Positions 14,429-30,040 of a stretch of DNA of 64,000 bases are shown here, piece after piece. The notes below the pieces were generated by a model that was not told the origin of the DNA, searched no databases, and worked only from the letters and a program-made list of their open reading frames with translations. The stretch is from Eledone cirrhosa (Eukaryota): assembly GCA_964016885.1 (NCBI GenBank), contig OZ024742.1:258106001-258170000 (forward strand). The letters run 5' to 3'. The position numbers and the translations under genes were made by a program. The stretch's first letter is position 1. Every line of letters starts with the position of its first letter.

Positions 14429-14787
14429 ATTACATGCATACTTTTATTTTTGTAAATTAATTGAGTTCTTAACACGTGGAATTGAAATTAGTTTTGAAAT
14501 AATTAATTAACCCACGTATATTTAATATTTTACTCTTAATTCGGCCAGAGATTTACATTCCCGATTGCCCTTTAAAGCGTAACTTTCCGTATTTACTACG
14601 GTTATGAAATGCGGTTTGTTATTCGGGTACGACTTCTGTTTTTAGCCTAAGAAAATATCTATATGCGTGTGTAATTAATACAAGCATACATTTATTTTTT
14701 TAATTTAAATTGAGTTCTTAACACGTTGGATTGATAATGTTTTTTTGAAAAAACTAATTAACCCGCGTGAATATTATTTTTTCTTTT
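14428..14787 (+). repeat. Diverged ~110-bp direct repeat (14428-14538 and 14677-14787)
   Basis: Shared AATTGAGTTCTTAACACGT...TAATTAACCC.CGT. Confidence 0.7.
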
Positions 14788-15267
14788 CTCGTGTATTGGT
14801 TGTCTCCCCTTCCAGCTTCGTGACGCAATAATACTTCCTCAGTCAAAACCTGCTGGAATTTCAAATTTGGCGGTCATTCGATGCGTTACGGAGCAGCTTA
14901 GCAGACACGATTTTTAACTGCGGTAAGAATTTTTTCTTATATCAAAGTTTAATGGGCTTCCACTGATGATTTATAAGCGCCCACCTAAATATATTCTTAC
15001 ATGAATATATGTTAGGCTTCTACATAAACTGGAAACATTCTCCTAATTTGTAGAAAACTTATAATGAAACAATTGTTTAGAAAGAGAGATATATTTTAAC
15101 TTTAATTATATCTCATAAAATAATACAACTGGCTTTCCACATAATACATATAGTTAGCACCCCCAAACACTTAAATTAGGTTTATACTAACATATAACCT
15201 AATGTTTGTTGAGTGAGATGGTTACCAGTCAGAGTTTAGCTTTAAGCTATCTCTGTTATTGTATTAA

Positions 15268-15302
<35 letters not shown>

Positions 15303-15307
15303 AATAA

Positions 15308-15355
<48 letters not shown>

Positions 15356-15409
15356 CTATCTATCTATATATATATATATTTATATATATAAATAAATATA
15401 TATATATAT

Positions 15410-15465
<56 letters not shown>

Positions 15466-15542
15466 CTCTATATATATATATATATACTTTTATATATATA
15501 TATTTATATATATATATCTCTCTCTCTATATATATATATATA

Positions 15543-15730
15543 TAACAGAGGAATTGTGGTAAGGAACCAGATGGACCATAACTCACCAGAGTACTCAATA
15601 CATAGGGGAATAAGTGGGAAATAGGAAAAAGTATGACACCAACGGCAGAGCTTAAGCCGTTCGACGGTTATTTCTGGACTGAAATAGCCATCGAAACGGC
15701 TTGGCTCTGACGTCGGGGTCATACTTTTTC

Positions 15731-15732
<2 letters not shown>
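15543..15732. mobile_element. Fold-back element family B (tail plus palindrome 15623-15732) in (TA)n
   Basis: AGGAAAAAGTATGAC...GTCATACTTTTTCCT inverted arms, each carrying the 3' half of the hammerhead seen at 11960-12055; tail homologous to 24260-24340. Confidence 0.8.
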
Positions 15733-18366
<2,634 letters not shown>

Positions 18367-18372
<6 letters not shown>

Positions 18373-18689
18373 ATAAACTACATAAGGCAATTATCTCATT
18401 TACCAGTGGTTTCTTAAAAGCAAAAAAATTTTGCTTTCAATCATCAGAATGAAAAAATCCTGGCGTATTTATTGACTTTGGATTTTAAAAACAGACTTTG
18501 TTTTTAAAATCCAAAGTCAATAAATAGGCCAGGATTTTTTCATTCTGATGATTGAAAGCAATTTTCTTTTGCTTTTAGAAACCACTGGTAAATGAGATAA
18601 TTGCCTTATGTTGTTTATTACATAACTATTAAGCTCTGTTACCTACATAGAGCACTCTTATTTCCTGGACTTTTCCGACGGAATTACTC

Positions 18690-18690
<1 letters not shown>
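18367..18690. mobile_element. Fold-back element family C (~125-bp arms plus 3' tail) with a hammerhead in each arm
   Basis: Arms 18367-18493 and 18499-18624; tail AAGCTCTGTTACCTACATAGAGCACTCTT is nearly identical to the Penelope pLTR end at ~24161-24190. Confidence 0.85.
18537..18598 (+). ncRNA. Type I hammerhead motif (mirror copy on minus strand at 18393-18455)
   Basis: UUCAUU CUGAUGA (U)UGAAAGCAA..UUGCUUUUA GAAA CC ACU GG UA AAUGAG. Confidence 0.75.
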
Positions 18691-18752
<62 letters not shown>

Positions 18753-20790
18753 TAAATAATTATTTATTTATTTATTTATTCATTTATTTATTTATAAATC
18801 TTATCTGAGTTTTTCGAATATTAATAATAATATTCGATTCGTTTGTAATTATGCAAATAGACGCTTTAAGACATCTCAGTCCAAAGACCCTCTTTATCCT
18901 TGCTCTTGTGCTGGCATATAATCAAATGTATATGCCCAATCAAGAGCTAGTATGACGGTGTCAAAGAGAATTATAGAAGTAAAATGTGGAATGTGAAGAT
19001 ATTAGATAAGTGAAGTCTGTAAAGAGTATACTTTAAGAAAAGTGAAGAACAATAGTTTATGGAGGATAAGTATCTGAAAGTGAGTTAAGTTTATATGAGC
19101 TGGAAAGCAAGTGTGATTTCATGTGTGGACAATTGTTGAAAATTTCTGTTTTTGCGTTTAGGCAGGTTTTTTGTTATTTAAAGTTCTGTAAAATCCAATA
19201 TTTTTCACTTATGCAGAGTGTGCATCTTCTTGTTCTTCTTGCATATTCTTTAGATTGGTTCAAAATTGACCGATGCAATTTATATTGGAGACCTTGGTCT
19301 TTCAAATCCCATATTCTGCTAACCAGAGCTGTTGTAAATCTTTTTTCTGGATGTCGGAAATTTGCGACATGTGAGTAATAACGCGTTTTGAATTTGTCTT
19401 GTGTCATACCCACATATTGTTCGCTGGTGGCTGGTAGGTTGTTGCTGATGGTTTTTACTTCCCCATTTTCTTTCACTACATGATATCACTTATCACTTGC
19501 TTTTTTCACTCCAGGCATATTCTGTTGTTTCGTAGCCGATTTTATATTTGTACTCATTTATTCATACGGCTGGTTTATAATTTGTATCTATTCGTGTGAG
19601 TGTGCATATGTGTGTATACGTTCTGTGCGTATGTGTGCGTGCGTACGTATATATATGTGTGTGTATGTGTGTTTTTCTATCTATGTTTTTTACATACTTA
19701 TTTACACGTGTGTGTGTATGTGGGTGAATGTATGTGTATATGTATGTAAATATGTGCGTATGTATATGTATGTATGGGTGTATATATACAGTCGCGTACG
19801 TACGTGTGATTAGATATAAATGTGGTGATATATATGTGTACGTGCCTCGTGTGTATGTATGTACGCATGCATGCGCTTTTGTTTGTACGTATTTATGTGT
19901 ATATATATTTTTATATATATATGTATGTGTGTGTACGTGCGTACCTATGTTTGTTTTATTTTTCTAGTGTTAATTGATAACCCCTCCCCCTTACTTTCTC
20001 TTTGATTTAAAAAAAAAATTGTTCATTCTCATTTATGGTTTCATTTTTATACATATATCGAAAATGACACTTATTTTTACTATTACACTCCCTTCCCTCT
20101 TTATCTTCCGCATATAAGCGATCGTGTGTGTGTTTATACGCGTGCTTTCATACTCGTATGTTTATATATGTAATACCTGTATCTGGATGCGTGTTAACTA
20201 TATTATCTTACAATTTCTTTTTCAACTCATTATATACGTATTTGTGGTCACACATACACAAATATAATTGCCCTCATATATGTACTTACGCACACATTTT
20301 CACCATACACATGCATTTGTACATACACACATATGTACATTTGTGAGTGTAAATACATACATATACACATACCCTAACTATATTTCCTTATTTTTTTTAC
20401 ATATCTCTTGCATTACTTTTATTTATGTATTTTTTTGCCCGTTAAACTCTTGCCTTTCTTGAGGAGATGTTTCAAATATTTCACTATGTTTTAAATTGCC
20501 TTGTCCGTTGAACGAATGAGGACGTTTTTCGTATTCGTCTTATTCGGGAAACCTCAGGTAATGAGGTAATTATATTGTATTGTATATTATACATGAACTT
20601 TAGCTCTGGTACTTACATAAAGCACTCTTCACTCCTATGGCGTTTTCAATTTTCAACGGAAACTTCAATACTTATACAGCTCCCAAGGGAATGATCGTAG
20701 CATATTCTACATTTTTATGAGATTGGCACCTTCCAGCCCTTTTAGAGGCGAGCACTCTTCAGTCAATAGGATTTTAAACCAATACTGAAC

Positions 20791-22896
20791 ATGGATAAAT
20801 ATCCTTTGGATTACTCTATCAAGAATATTCCAACACCTTCTAACACTTGCTCAATGAAAATACTGATAAACAAAGTAGAGAAAGTTGTTAAAAGAATGAG
20901 ATGGAAAGCTTTGATTCTCGATGGACACTTTAATACGGACTCTACAGAATATTTTGATATCAAAACTCATAAATACCCGCAACGAGTAAAAGATATGACC
21001 ACTTTTGAACTTGACTTACTTAATTTAATCAACAATATCAAATTTCGTAAGTTCTCTAACCCTTTTCTATCTAAACTATCTAATGATATTTCAATATTCA
21101 AATCCTCTAAAAATAAGTTCATTTTCTCCGACAACACTAAAAACATATACGAAGTTAATAATAATTTACATGACCAACTCTTAATAGATAACATCATCTC
21201 TAATATAAACACATATTATAATATAAATAAGGAAGCTAAATAATTAGCTAGTGTTTTAAAAATAGATAATAAAACAGAAAAACCTGCTAACCGTAATACC
21301 AATATCACCCTCAAAGATCACAAGCCTGATTTTATTAATCGTCCTAGTTGTAGATTAATCAACCCTGCTAAGACTGATATCGGTCTTGCTAGAAAAAAAA
21401 TTGTAAATAAAATAAACACAGATTAGAAGTAAGTCTGAATTACTCCAATGGATAAATAGCTCTTTCGTAGTACATTGGTTTAGTAATATTAATGATAAAA
21501 ATAGTTCTAGATTCACCCAATTTGATATTGTAGACTTCTACCCGTCTATTACTAACCCTCTTTTAGCGAAAGTTTTAAATTTCGCTAGAAAATTTATCAA
21601 TATTTCTGATATTGAAGAGAATATCATCTTGCATGCTAGAAACACTCAACCTTTTACTAATAATGACACTTGGGTAAAAATATCTAACCCAGAGAGCCCA
21701 TTCGATGTCTCAATGGGTTCTTTTGACAGTGCTGATGTTTGTGATTTAGTCGGCCTATTCCTCCTACACACACTTAAAGAGAAATTCCCTAACCATATGT
21801 TTGGGCTTTACCGCGACGATGGTCTAATACTTTCCAATACCACCATAGGCCATAACTTAGATAGATTAAGGAAAGACTTCGCTAGTTTTAATCTTAAAAT
21901 CACTATTGACACTAACCTTGCCAATGTTAATTTTCTAGATATAAACCTAGATCTGCCTACTGCTTCTGATAATCTGCACCATAATCCTAATGAAAATATA
22001 AAATATATAAATAAAGGTTCTTGCCATCCTCCTATAGTTTTTAAAAACCTTATCCCAAATATTAGCCGTAGGATCTCCACCCTCTCTTCCACGTAAGCTA
22101 TTTTCAATAAAGCATCCACCTATAAAGCCCTTCAAAATAGCGGATTTAGCGAACCGATTAAGTACATACCCAACAATACTAACTCCTTTAAACATAATAA
22201 TAGGTAAAAGAAAAATAATCCGGTTCACACCCCCTTACTCTTTAGCAGTTAAAACTAATGTAGGCAAAAAATTCCTAGAGCTCTTAGATAAACATTTCCC
22301 TAGAATACATAGATACTATAAGGTCTTCAATAGAAACTGTGTCAAAATTAGCCCACTCCTGCGGTCCCCCTATTAAATCTTATATCATGAATAAGAAAAC
22401 ACCCAGAGAACATCAACATTTCTCCTGTAGAGTCAAAAGTGAATGCCCATTACAAGGTAAATGTAACACCAAAGCCATTGTATATGCGGCTAAAGTGACA
22501 ACCATCAGCAACAACCTACCAGCCACCAGCGAACGATATGTGGGTATGAAAGAAGACAAATTCAAAACGCGTTATTACTCACATGTCGCATCTTTCCGAC
22601 ATCCAGAAAAAAGATTTACAACAGCTCTGGCTAGCAGAATATGGGATTTGAAAGACCAAGGTATCCAATATGAATTGGATTGGTCAATTTTGAACCAATC
22701 TAAAGAATATGCAAGAGGAACAAGAAGATGTACACTCTGCATAAGTGAAAAATATTGTATTTTACAGAACCTTATATCACCAAAAACCTGCCTAAACGCA
22801 AAAACAGAAATGTTCACCAGTTCCCCACATATGAAATCACACTTGCTTTCCAGCTCATATAAACTTAACTCACTTTCAGATACTTATCCTCCATAA
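20791..22896 (+). pseudogene. Penelope-like RT plus GIY-YIG endonuclease ORF, interrupted
   Basis: YSIKNIP, KRMRW, TLKDHKP, FDIVDFYPSI, FDVSMGSFDSADVCDLVG, GLYRDDG, NFLD, SCRVKSECPLQGKC, IVY..YVG, CTLCISEK; TAA stops at 21241 and 22094 plus frameshifts. Confidence 0.92.
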
Positions 22897-24055
22897 ACTC
22901 TTGTTCTTCACTTTCCTTAAATTATCCTCTTTACAGACTTCACTCACCTACTATCTTCACATTCCACATTTTACTTCCCCATTTTCTTTCACTACCTGAT
23001 ATCACATATCACTTGCATTTTCAACTCCAGATATATTCTGTTGTTTCGCAGCCGAGGTTATATTTGTACTCATTTATTCATACGGCTGGTTTATAATTTG
23101 TATCTATGCATGTGAGTGTGCATATGTGTGTATACGATCTGTATATGTATACTAACGCCTCCGTATGTGTGCGTGCGTACGTATATATATGTGTGTGTAT
23201 GTCTGTTTTTATATCTATGTTTTTTACATACTTATTTATACGTGGGTGTGTATGTGGGTAAATGTATGTGTATATGTATGTATGTATGCGCGTATGTATA
23301 TGTATGTATGGGTGTGTATGTATATATATATATATATATATATATAGTCGCGTACGTACGTGTGATCAGATATACATGTGGCGATATATATGTATACGTG
23401 CCTCGTGTGTATGTATGTACGCATGCATGCACTTTTGTTTGTACGTATTTATGTGTATATATATTTATATATATATATGTATATGTGAGTACGTGCGTAC
23501 CTATGTTTGTTTTATTTTCTAGTGTTAATTGATAACCCCTCCCCCTTACTTTATCTTTGATTTAAAAAAAATATTTTCATTCTCATATATTGCTTCATTT
23601 TTATATATACATCGAAAATGACACCTCTTTTTACTATTACACTCCCTTCTGTCTTTATCTTCCGCATATAAGCGATCGCGCGCGTGTGTGTGTGTTTATA
23701 CGCGTGCTTTCATACTCGTATGTGTATATATTTAATACCTGTATCTGGATGCGTGTTAACTATATTATCTTACAATTTCTTTTTCAACTCATATTATATA
23801 CGTATTTGTGGTCACACATACACAAATATACTTGCCCTCATATATGTACTTACGCACACATTTTCACCATACACATGCATTTTTATATACACACATATGT
23901 ACATTTGTGAGTGTAAATACATACATATACACATACCGTAACTATATTTCCTTTTTTTTATATATCTCTTGCATTACTTTTATTTATATATTTTTTTTGT
24001 CCGTTAAACTCTTGCCTTTCTTGAGGAGATTTTTCAAATATTCCACTATGTTTTA

Positions 24056-24132
24056 AATTGCCTTGTCCGATGAAGGAATGAGGACGTTTTTCATATTCGT
24101 CTTATTCGGAAACCTTTGGTAATGTGGTAATT
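24056..24132 (+). ncRNA. Hammerhead motif in 3' pLTR (paralogue at 20494-20571)
   Basis: AAUUGCCUUGU CCGAUGA ..GAAUGAGGACG..CGUCUUAUUC G GAAA CC UUU GG UA AUGUGGUAAUU; core reads CCGAUGA instead of CUGAUGA. Confidence 0.65.
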
Positions 24133-24259
24133 ATATTGTATTGTTTATTATACATTAAATTAAGCTCTGGTACTTACATAGAGCACTCTTCACTCTTATG
24201 ACTTTTTCAATTTTCATCGGAAACTTCAATACTTATATATATATATATAGATATATATA

Positions 24260-24412
24260 TAACGGCGTAAATGTGGTAAGGAACCAGGTGGACCATAACG
24301 CACCAAAATACTCACTACTTAGGGTAGTAGAGTGGGTAATAGGAACGAGTAGGACCCCGACGGCTGAGGTCAAGCCGTTTCGACGGCTAACTCGGGAGTC
24401 CTACTCGTTTCT
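24260..24412. mobile_element. Fold-back element family B, copy with short (~20-bp) arms
   Basis: Homologous to 15543-15732; AGGAACGAGTAGGAC...GTCCTACTCGTTTCT; flanked by (TA)n. Confidence 0.75.
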
Positions 24413-24427
24413 ATATATATATATATA

Positions 24428-24803
24428 TTGTTTGGCACAAAATTCTCTTAAATGCTACTGAACCGGAACAATTCTCCCCATCCAATTTTGCTTGACCATT
24501 ATCTTTTGTTTGGCACAAAATTCTCTAAAAGGCTACAAAATAGATACCCATATACGGGCGCGAAATTCAATGTACTTGTCCACGTGACAGTCATAATTTC
24601 AATTATAACCAATTAAATTACATTTCAGCACATCAGTCATACTCAGAACAACTCTATCCATCCCTTTTTATTGACCATAATCTTTTGTTTGGCAAAAAAT
24701 TCTCTAAATTTCTACAAAAAATGTCCAGAATAGGGGCGCTAAAATGTAATGTACTTGTCCACGTGACAGTCAGAATTTCATTTATAACCAATCAAATTAC
24801 ATT
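24428..24803 (+). repeat. ~180-bp tandem repeat (two copies plus a partial)
   Basis: TTGTTTGGCACAAAATTCTC at 24428, 24506 and (variant) 24686; AATGTACTTGTCCACGTGACAGTCA occurs twice. Confidence 0.8.
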
Positions 24804-25103
24804 TATAGAAAAAAGACTTCGTAGCTACCTTTTTTAAGTAAAAAGAAATTCAAACAAAAGCTGGCGTGAAAGCTGATGTGCATATTCATGTGTCTGCATC
24901 AACCAACCAAACTTCAGTCATATATGATAAAACAACCTGAGCCCCCCCCCCCCTCCCTTTTATTTGGATAAGAACTTTGTAACGCGAACTGGCGCGAAAT
25001 TTATTATACTTAATCACCAACCAACCTAAATTACTTCTCTAAAAACCTAGCATTTAGACCCACTTTTTTCCATATAAAACAGAAGTAACATTCAAAGACC
25101 AAC

Positions 25104-25243
25104 CAGATGTGAGAAAAACCACAAACCCTCTATCTCAATTCAACTTTTGAAAAGCAGAAGGACTGCGAAACCGGTAAAGGAACCAAATAAATATATATTT
25201 TAAAAGAAAAGACTCCAGTTGTATTTTAGATTTCATCTGTTTT

Positions 25244-25247
<4 letters not shown>
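25104..25247 (+). mobile_element. Short interspersed pLTR-like fragment, family D (other copies 37520-37637 + and 50231-50445 -)
   Basis: Shared AGACTCCAGTTG.ATTTT.GATTTCATCT; two copies carry GAAACCGGTA, resembling a hammerhead 3' half; all abut (TA)n. Confidence 0.6.
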
Positions 25248-25273
<26 letters not shown>

Positions 25274-25279
<6 letters not shown>

Positions 25280-25810
25280 GAAAAAGTGAACATGGTCAAC
25301 AGTATAAAGAAGGACATTTATTTACAGTCTAACAATTGTTTCTATGATGGAGTTGTCTAAACAGTGCTAGACACTGAAGTTAGTGGCACACAATTTAAAA
25401 TACATGCAACTTTGTAATTTTGCCGATTATGCATTTAACTGTATTTTCGTTTTCTCTTTCGTCTTTCTTTTCCCCCTCCTTTCCATCTGAACCCCTTCCT
25501 TTATTTCTCTCTATATCTTTATTATTAATATTATTATTTATGCAGTCATTTGAATTTATAAATTTACCGTTACGCATATATTTTGTATTTTGTCTCAGTT
25601 CTCTGACGAAATGATAGACGTTGCATGTTTTTTAAAGTGAGTGCCACTAACTTCAGTGTTTAGCAATTTTTAGACAACTCCACCATAGAAACAATTGTTA
25701 GACTGTAAATAAATTTCCTTCTTTATACTGTTGACCATGTTATTCTTCACTTTTTCAATTTTATTACTCCAAGATGTACTTACACAGGAATCCAAGTGAA
25801 GTCATATATT
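25274..25810. mobile_element. Fold-back element family E (~120-bp inverted arms, ~250-bp spacer) with hammerhead at 25596-25705
   Basis: 25274-25390 is the reverse complement of ~25640-25763; CAGU(U)CU CUGACGA..long stem II..GAAA C AAUU G UU AGACUG. Confidence 0.75.
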
Positions 25811-25936
25811 CGTCATCGACGTAAACCTCTTGTTGAACGACCCAGCACCGTAGGCTTAAACTATCTATGATAAGTAGTTTTCACAGCCTCTTATCGGATT
25901 ACCTTTAACGAGATATTGTTATCCCCTCTCTCTCTC

Positions 25937-26085
<149 letters not shown>

Positions 26086-26234
26086 GTCAATACTCATCTT
26101 TTTCCATTTCTCCGAGGGTTCTTAACCCCACTATCAGGCTAAATAATTTCTTTAATTTCTTTAGTCAAAATGCGGCGATAGCTTACATTTCTAATAATTT
26201 CAAACACGCTCGCTGTTTCGAAAATATTCTTAGT

Positions 26235-26328
<94 letters not shown>

Positions 26329-26332
<4 letters not shown>

Positions 26333-26388
26333 AGAATTAGCCGTCGAAACGGCTTGAGCTCAGCCGTCGGGGTCCTACTTTTTCCTAT
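26329..26388 (+). mobile_element. Family B fragment (hammerhead 3' half) between (GT)n and (TA)n
   Basis: Near-identical to 12011-12068. Confidence 0.75.
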
Positions 26389-27564
26389 ATATATAATAAA
26401 TAGTTTTATCGCTCTACATGGATGAATACAGTAAATGTCGTCTGTGTTTTCCAAATATTAATAATAATATGTTGTAAGTGCTTTTGTTTCGGGATGAACG
26501 TAGATTTCCTCTGGTCAGTTTACATTTTGAAGGAGGTCTTATGGTGGATACTTACTGAAAAATGTCTAACACATACTTCTAGAGATCCGTTGTTAAAGAG
26601 AATAATGTGAAGGGAATATAATATTTGTTGAAATGTCCGCGAGGAAAGACCACATTTTTTTTAGTCAAGTAATAATCAGCGTCCTATTATTTTTTCGTCA
26701 AGATTTAGATGATATTTGTGAAATAATGTAAGATAAATATTCCTGTATCAATGTGGATTGGATTGCTTTAATTTAAATACGAAATTTCTAAGATGTGCGT
26801 TTGTGTTTCGTAGTGCAATACTTTAAGTTTGACCGGTTTGCTATCAAAATGCTTACAGCTTCCTTTTAAATTACATTTAAACATTCGCATACTTCTATAT
26901 TTTATTACATAAGTAAATGCATATTGACCAATGAATGTATTGTTTATCATTTCAGATTTAGACAAGGGCATTGTTTTTATATACATACATACCAAAAAAC
27001 GGTAACATGATTGTTTCGGCATTGTACTGCCAGGAAAGTGATTGCTACTATACAAAAATTACAAAACTTAATTCGATGTGTCAGTGAGGAAATACAGGCT
27101 ACTTCACCTCTCCCTTTAGTCACCTTTGCCCACATGTCTCGCTGGGAAAGCCTCGTCGTTTCATTAGTGACAAACTGGCTTTCATTGCCAGAATTTACCA
27201 GTAGTATTGATCTTGACGCTAAGCTTACTTTCAACGTTTACAAACCTCAGTCATTGTCTCAAAACTCAATACGTATGCAATATTTAAATATATTAGACTA
27301 ATGTTTAGGTTAACATTATGGGATCGGTTATTATAGAAATACTTCTGTCGAAAGGCTGTAATTCGCACTACAGTCGAAAATACCTTATCAAGAAACAGAA
27401 CCCAAAATGAGCAAATATATGCATAAAGATGCTTGTACGGTATCCACCTCTCCACATATTCTGAGAGAGATTTTGGCTGTTATTTCTCAGATGCTTCATT
27501 CCTTTGGAGAGTATATGTGTCTGTTTCTGAATCTCCTGTAAAATAAAACACTTTATACATATAT

Positions 27565-28150
27565 ACGGACGAAAATTCTCTTTCTCAATGGAAATCCGCT
27601 TGGATTATCTATTTATTTGGGGGTTTGAAACTACGCGGTAAAGGCACGTATAGTAAGTACAGTGAACTTCTTAAAATTTACTTTTTCTCTAATTGCTAGA
27701 CCTTGATTTTATATGTTCTGGCTTGGTAATTTATTAACCTGCCAAAGAAACACATTGGCATACGGTTGGACAATACTTGTATCCCTATATGTATTCTTTA
27801 CACGTAGGAACACATACTTTATTATTAATCTCCCCTAAATTGAGATAACGTTTGGTCGTTTGAACTGCTGCTATTTCTAGTTGCAGGACATTGACCTGTC
27901 CGCGCTGCCTTTTGTCTTTACACACAGGACTAGATAAATTTGTTTCTTTCATCATTCACTCTCATTCGGGAGCAGTTTTGTATGGCGCCAGTTTGTGATT
28001 TGAACTCGGGAATTCTATATTGTCCCAGCGAAAAAAGCCTTCTGAGGAAAGTTCCCTTTCTCAATGGAAATCCGCTTGGATTATCTATCTATTTCGGGGT
28101 TTGAAACCGCGCGGTAAAGGCAAATATAGTAAGTACAGTGTACTTTTTAA
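27565..28150 (+). repeat. Direct repeat pair (~100 bp, period 476 bp), each copy a hammerhead motif
   Basis: TTTCTCAATGGAAATCCGCTTGGATTATCTAT...GGGGTTTGAAAC..CGCGGTAAAGGCA at ~27580 and ~28056. Confidence 0.85.
28037..28121 (+). ncRNA. Apparently intact type I hammerhead ribozyme
   Basis: GCCUU CUGAGGA AAGUUCC..GGGGUUU GAAA CC GCGC GG UA AAGGC: perfect stem I, canonical core, palindromic loop 3. Confidence 0.8.
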
Positions 28151-28207
28151 TATATATAAAGTGTTTTATTTTACAGGAGATTCAGAAACAGACGCATATA
28201 CTATGCC

Positions 28208-28274
<67 letters not shown>

Positions 28275-29241
28275 ATAATAATAAATTTGAAGACTAAAAT
28301 CCAAATATATATATAGGCATTGAAGTAATTATCTAGTTAAAATTGGATGTGTGCATATCCCTTTAATATATGATTTGTCAGTGAACACTAGTGCTCAGTT
28401 TGATGTCACAGAGTTTAAACTAGCGCTACTATATTTTCCAATAGTCTCGTTGTGATCCAAGATCTTTTAGTTAAATTAAGCAGACGGTATCTGTACAGAA
28501 ACCCGTCAAATGAATTTTACTTCAATTGAACTGGAATGAATTCGAATTCAAAAGGCCAGTCTGGTGGCGCAGATTTGGCACATTATAAGTGCGTACGTAT
28601 GCAAAATATTCAACAAAGACAATTACATGCACATTTCTGAGTCAGATTTTTAGTTGAGCAAACAACGGAATGTTCATCGACTAAAAAACTGGGAGATAAC
28701 TCATGTATCTGAAATGCAAAATGACATGGCAAACTACAGTGTCTTAAACTGAAATAAATTCTCATGTTAAGAATTTGTCATGACACGATGCTTATATGAT
28801 AGTAGTTTATTTCAAAGCAAACAGTAACTTAATTTAAGATGAAAAGATGCACACAGTAATTGCACTTAGTAGTATTGTAGAGTTTTCCTACATTGTGATG
28901 CATTTTTATTAATATTCTGAACTTAATAGTTTCTCTGAAGATTCGGAAGATTACATTTACCAAAGTAAATATAACGATCAAAGGAATATAAAAAGTGGAA
29001 ATCAATGACTATAGATAGTTCTGAATCGGATATCTGAATGATTTCGATTCACCAGTGGGGTAGAAAAAAGTGAAAACGAAACAAATGGCAATATACGGTA
29101 AAATGTGTGGCTCTTCCATCAAGTTCGTGGGAAAATGATGAGAATGTCCCAACAGTTAAAGATGATTCAAACTCAAAATAAACAAAAGATTATTGGGAAG
29201 GAATTGGAGAGGCACCTGCGGGGAAACAAATCTGCATCTAT

Positions 29242-29285
<44 letters not shown>

Positions 29286-29577
29286 AGAGTATTGAAGTTT
29301 GGTTGAAGAATTGAGGAATAATATATTTTTTTGTCGTTTTTGAAGCCTCAACAATACAGGTGGGTAACTCTCCGGGTAACAGAATCCGGTGAGGAGAGGG
29401 ATGTAAGGCAATGTAGAATGAGATGTATAGTGTGTAGAGGAACGCAGGAAAGAGCCTGGCAACGTCATCTTTATTGTACCCTGGGCTGATTGATATCAAA
29501 ACAATTGTAATATGCTAATAAATGTTGTACATAAGATGCAACACTTACACCGATTCTCTCTCTCTCTCTCTCTATCC

Positions 29578-29692
<115 letters not shown>

Positions 29693-29995
29693 TAGAAAGA
29701 AAGAGAGCGTGAGACAGATAGACACACATACACGCACACACGCACATTAATATATAAATAGAGAGAGAGTGGGAGAGATTGTGTGAGAGTGGGTGGGTGA
29801 GGTTGAAATGAACAAACCCATGTGATTTCTTGAAGAATAATTTGTTCTTGCCCATGCTCACACTCCATTATCTTTCTATTTCTTCTTCCATTTCTCATTC
29901 CATTTTCTGGTGAAGGACTAGCGTTAAAGACATTCAAGCTATTCGTAATATATATCTTCATTGAAACTCTTCGCCTTTTAGTTTTTTTTCCGCAT

Positions 29996-30040
<45 letters not shown>

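Larger units (their letters stand above)
18976..24237 (+). mobile_element. Near full-length Penelope-like element (Naiad-type): inverted 5' segment, 5' pLTR, ORF, 3' pLTR
   Basis: Direct repeats 19453-20676 and 22969-24237 flank an RT/GIY-YIG ORF; 18976-19452 is the reverse complement of 22501-22977; 3' end abuts (TA)n. Confidence 0.92.

Noticed and set aside
14963-15060. Hammerhead candidate (CTGATGA..hairpin..GAAAC)
   Set aside because: Stem I cannot be paired convincingly.
24428-24803. CRISPR-like repeat-spacer array
   Set aside because: Repeats are long, diverged tandem units in eukaryotic DNA with no unique spacers or cas genes.
28484-29097. Exon-like, coding-looking stretch on + strand
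   Set aside because: Several in-frame stops and no recognisable motif; cannot be supported as a gene or pseudogene.
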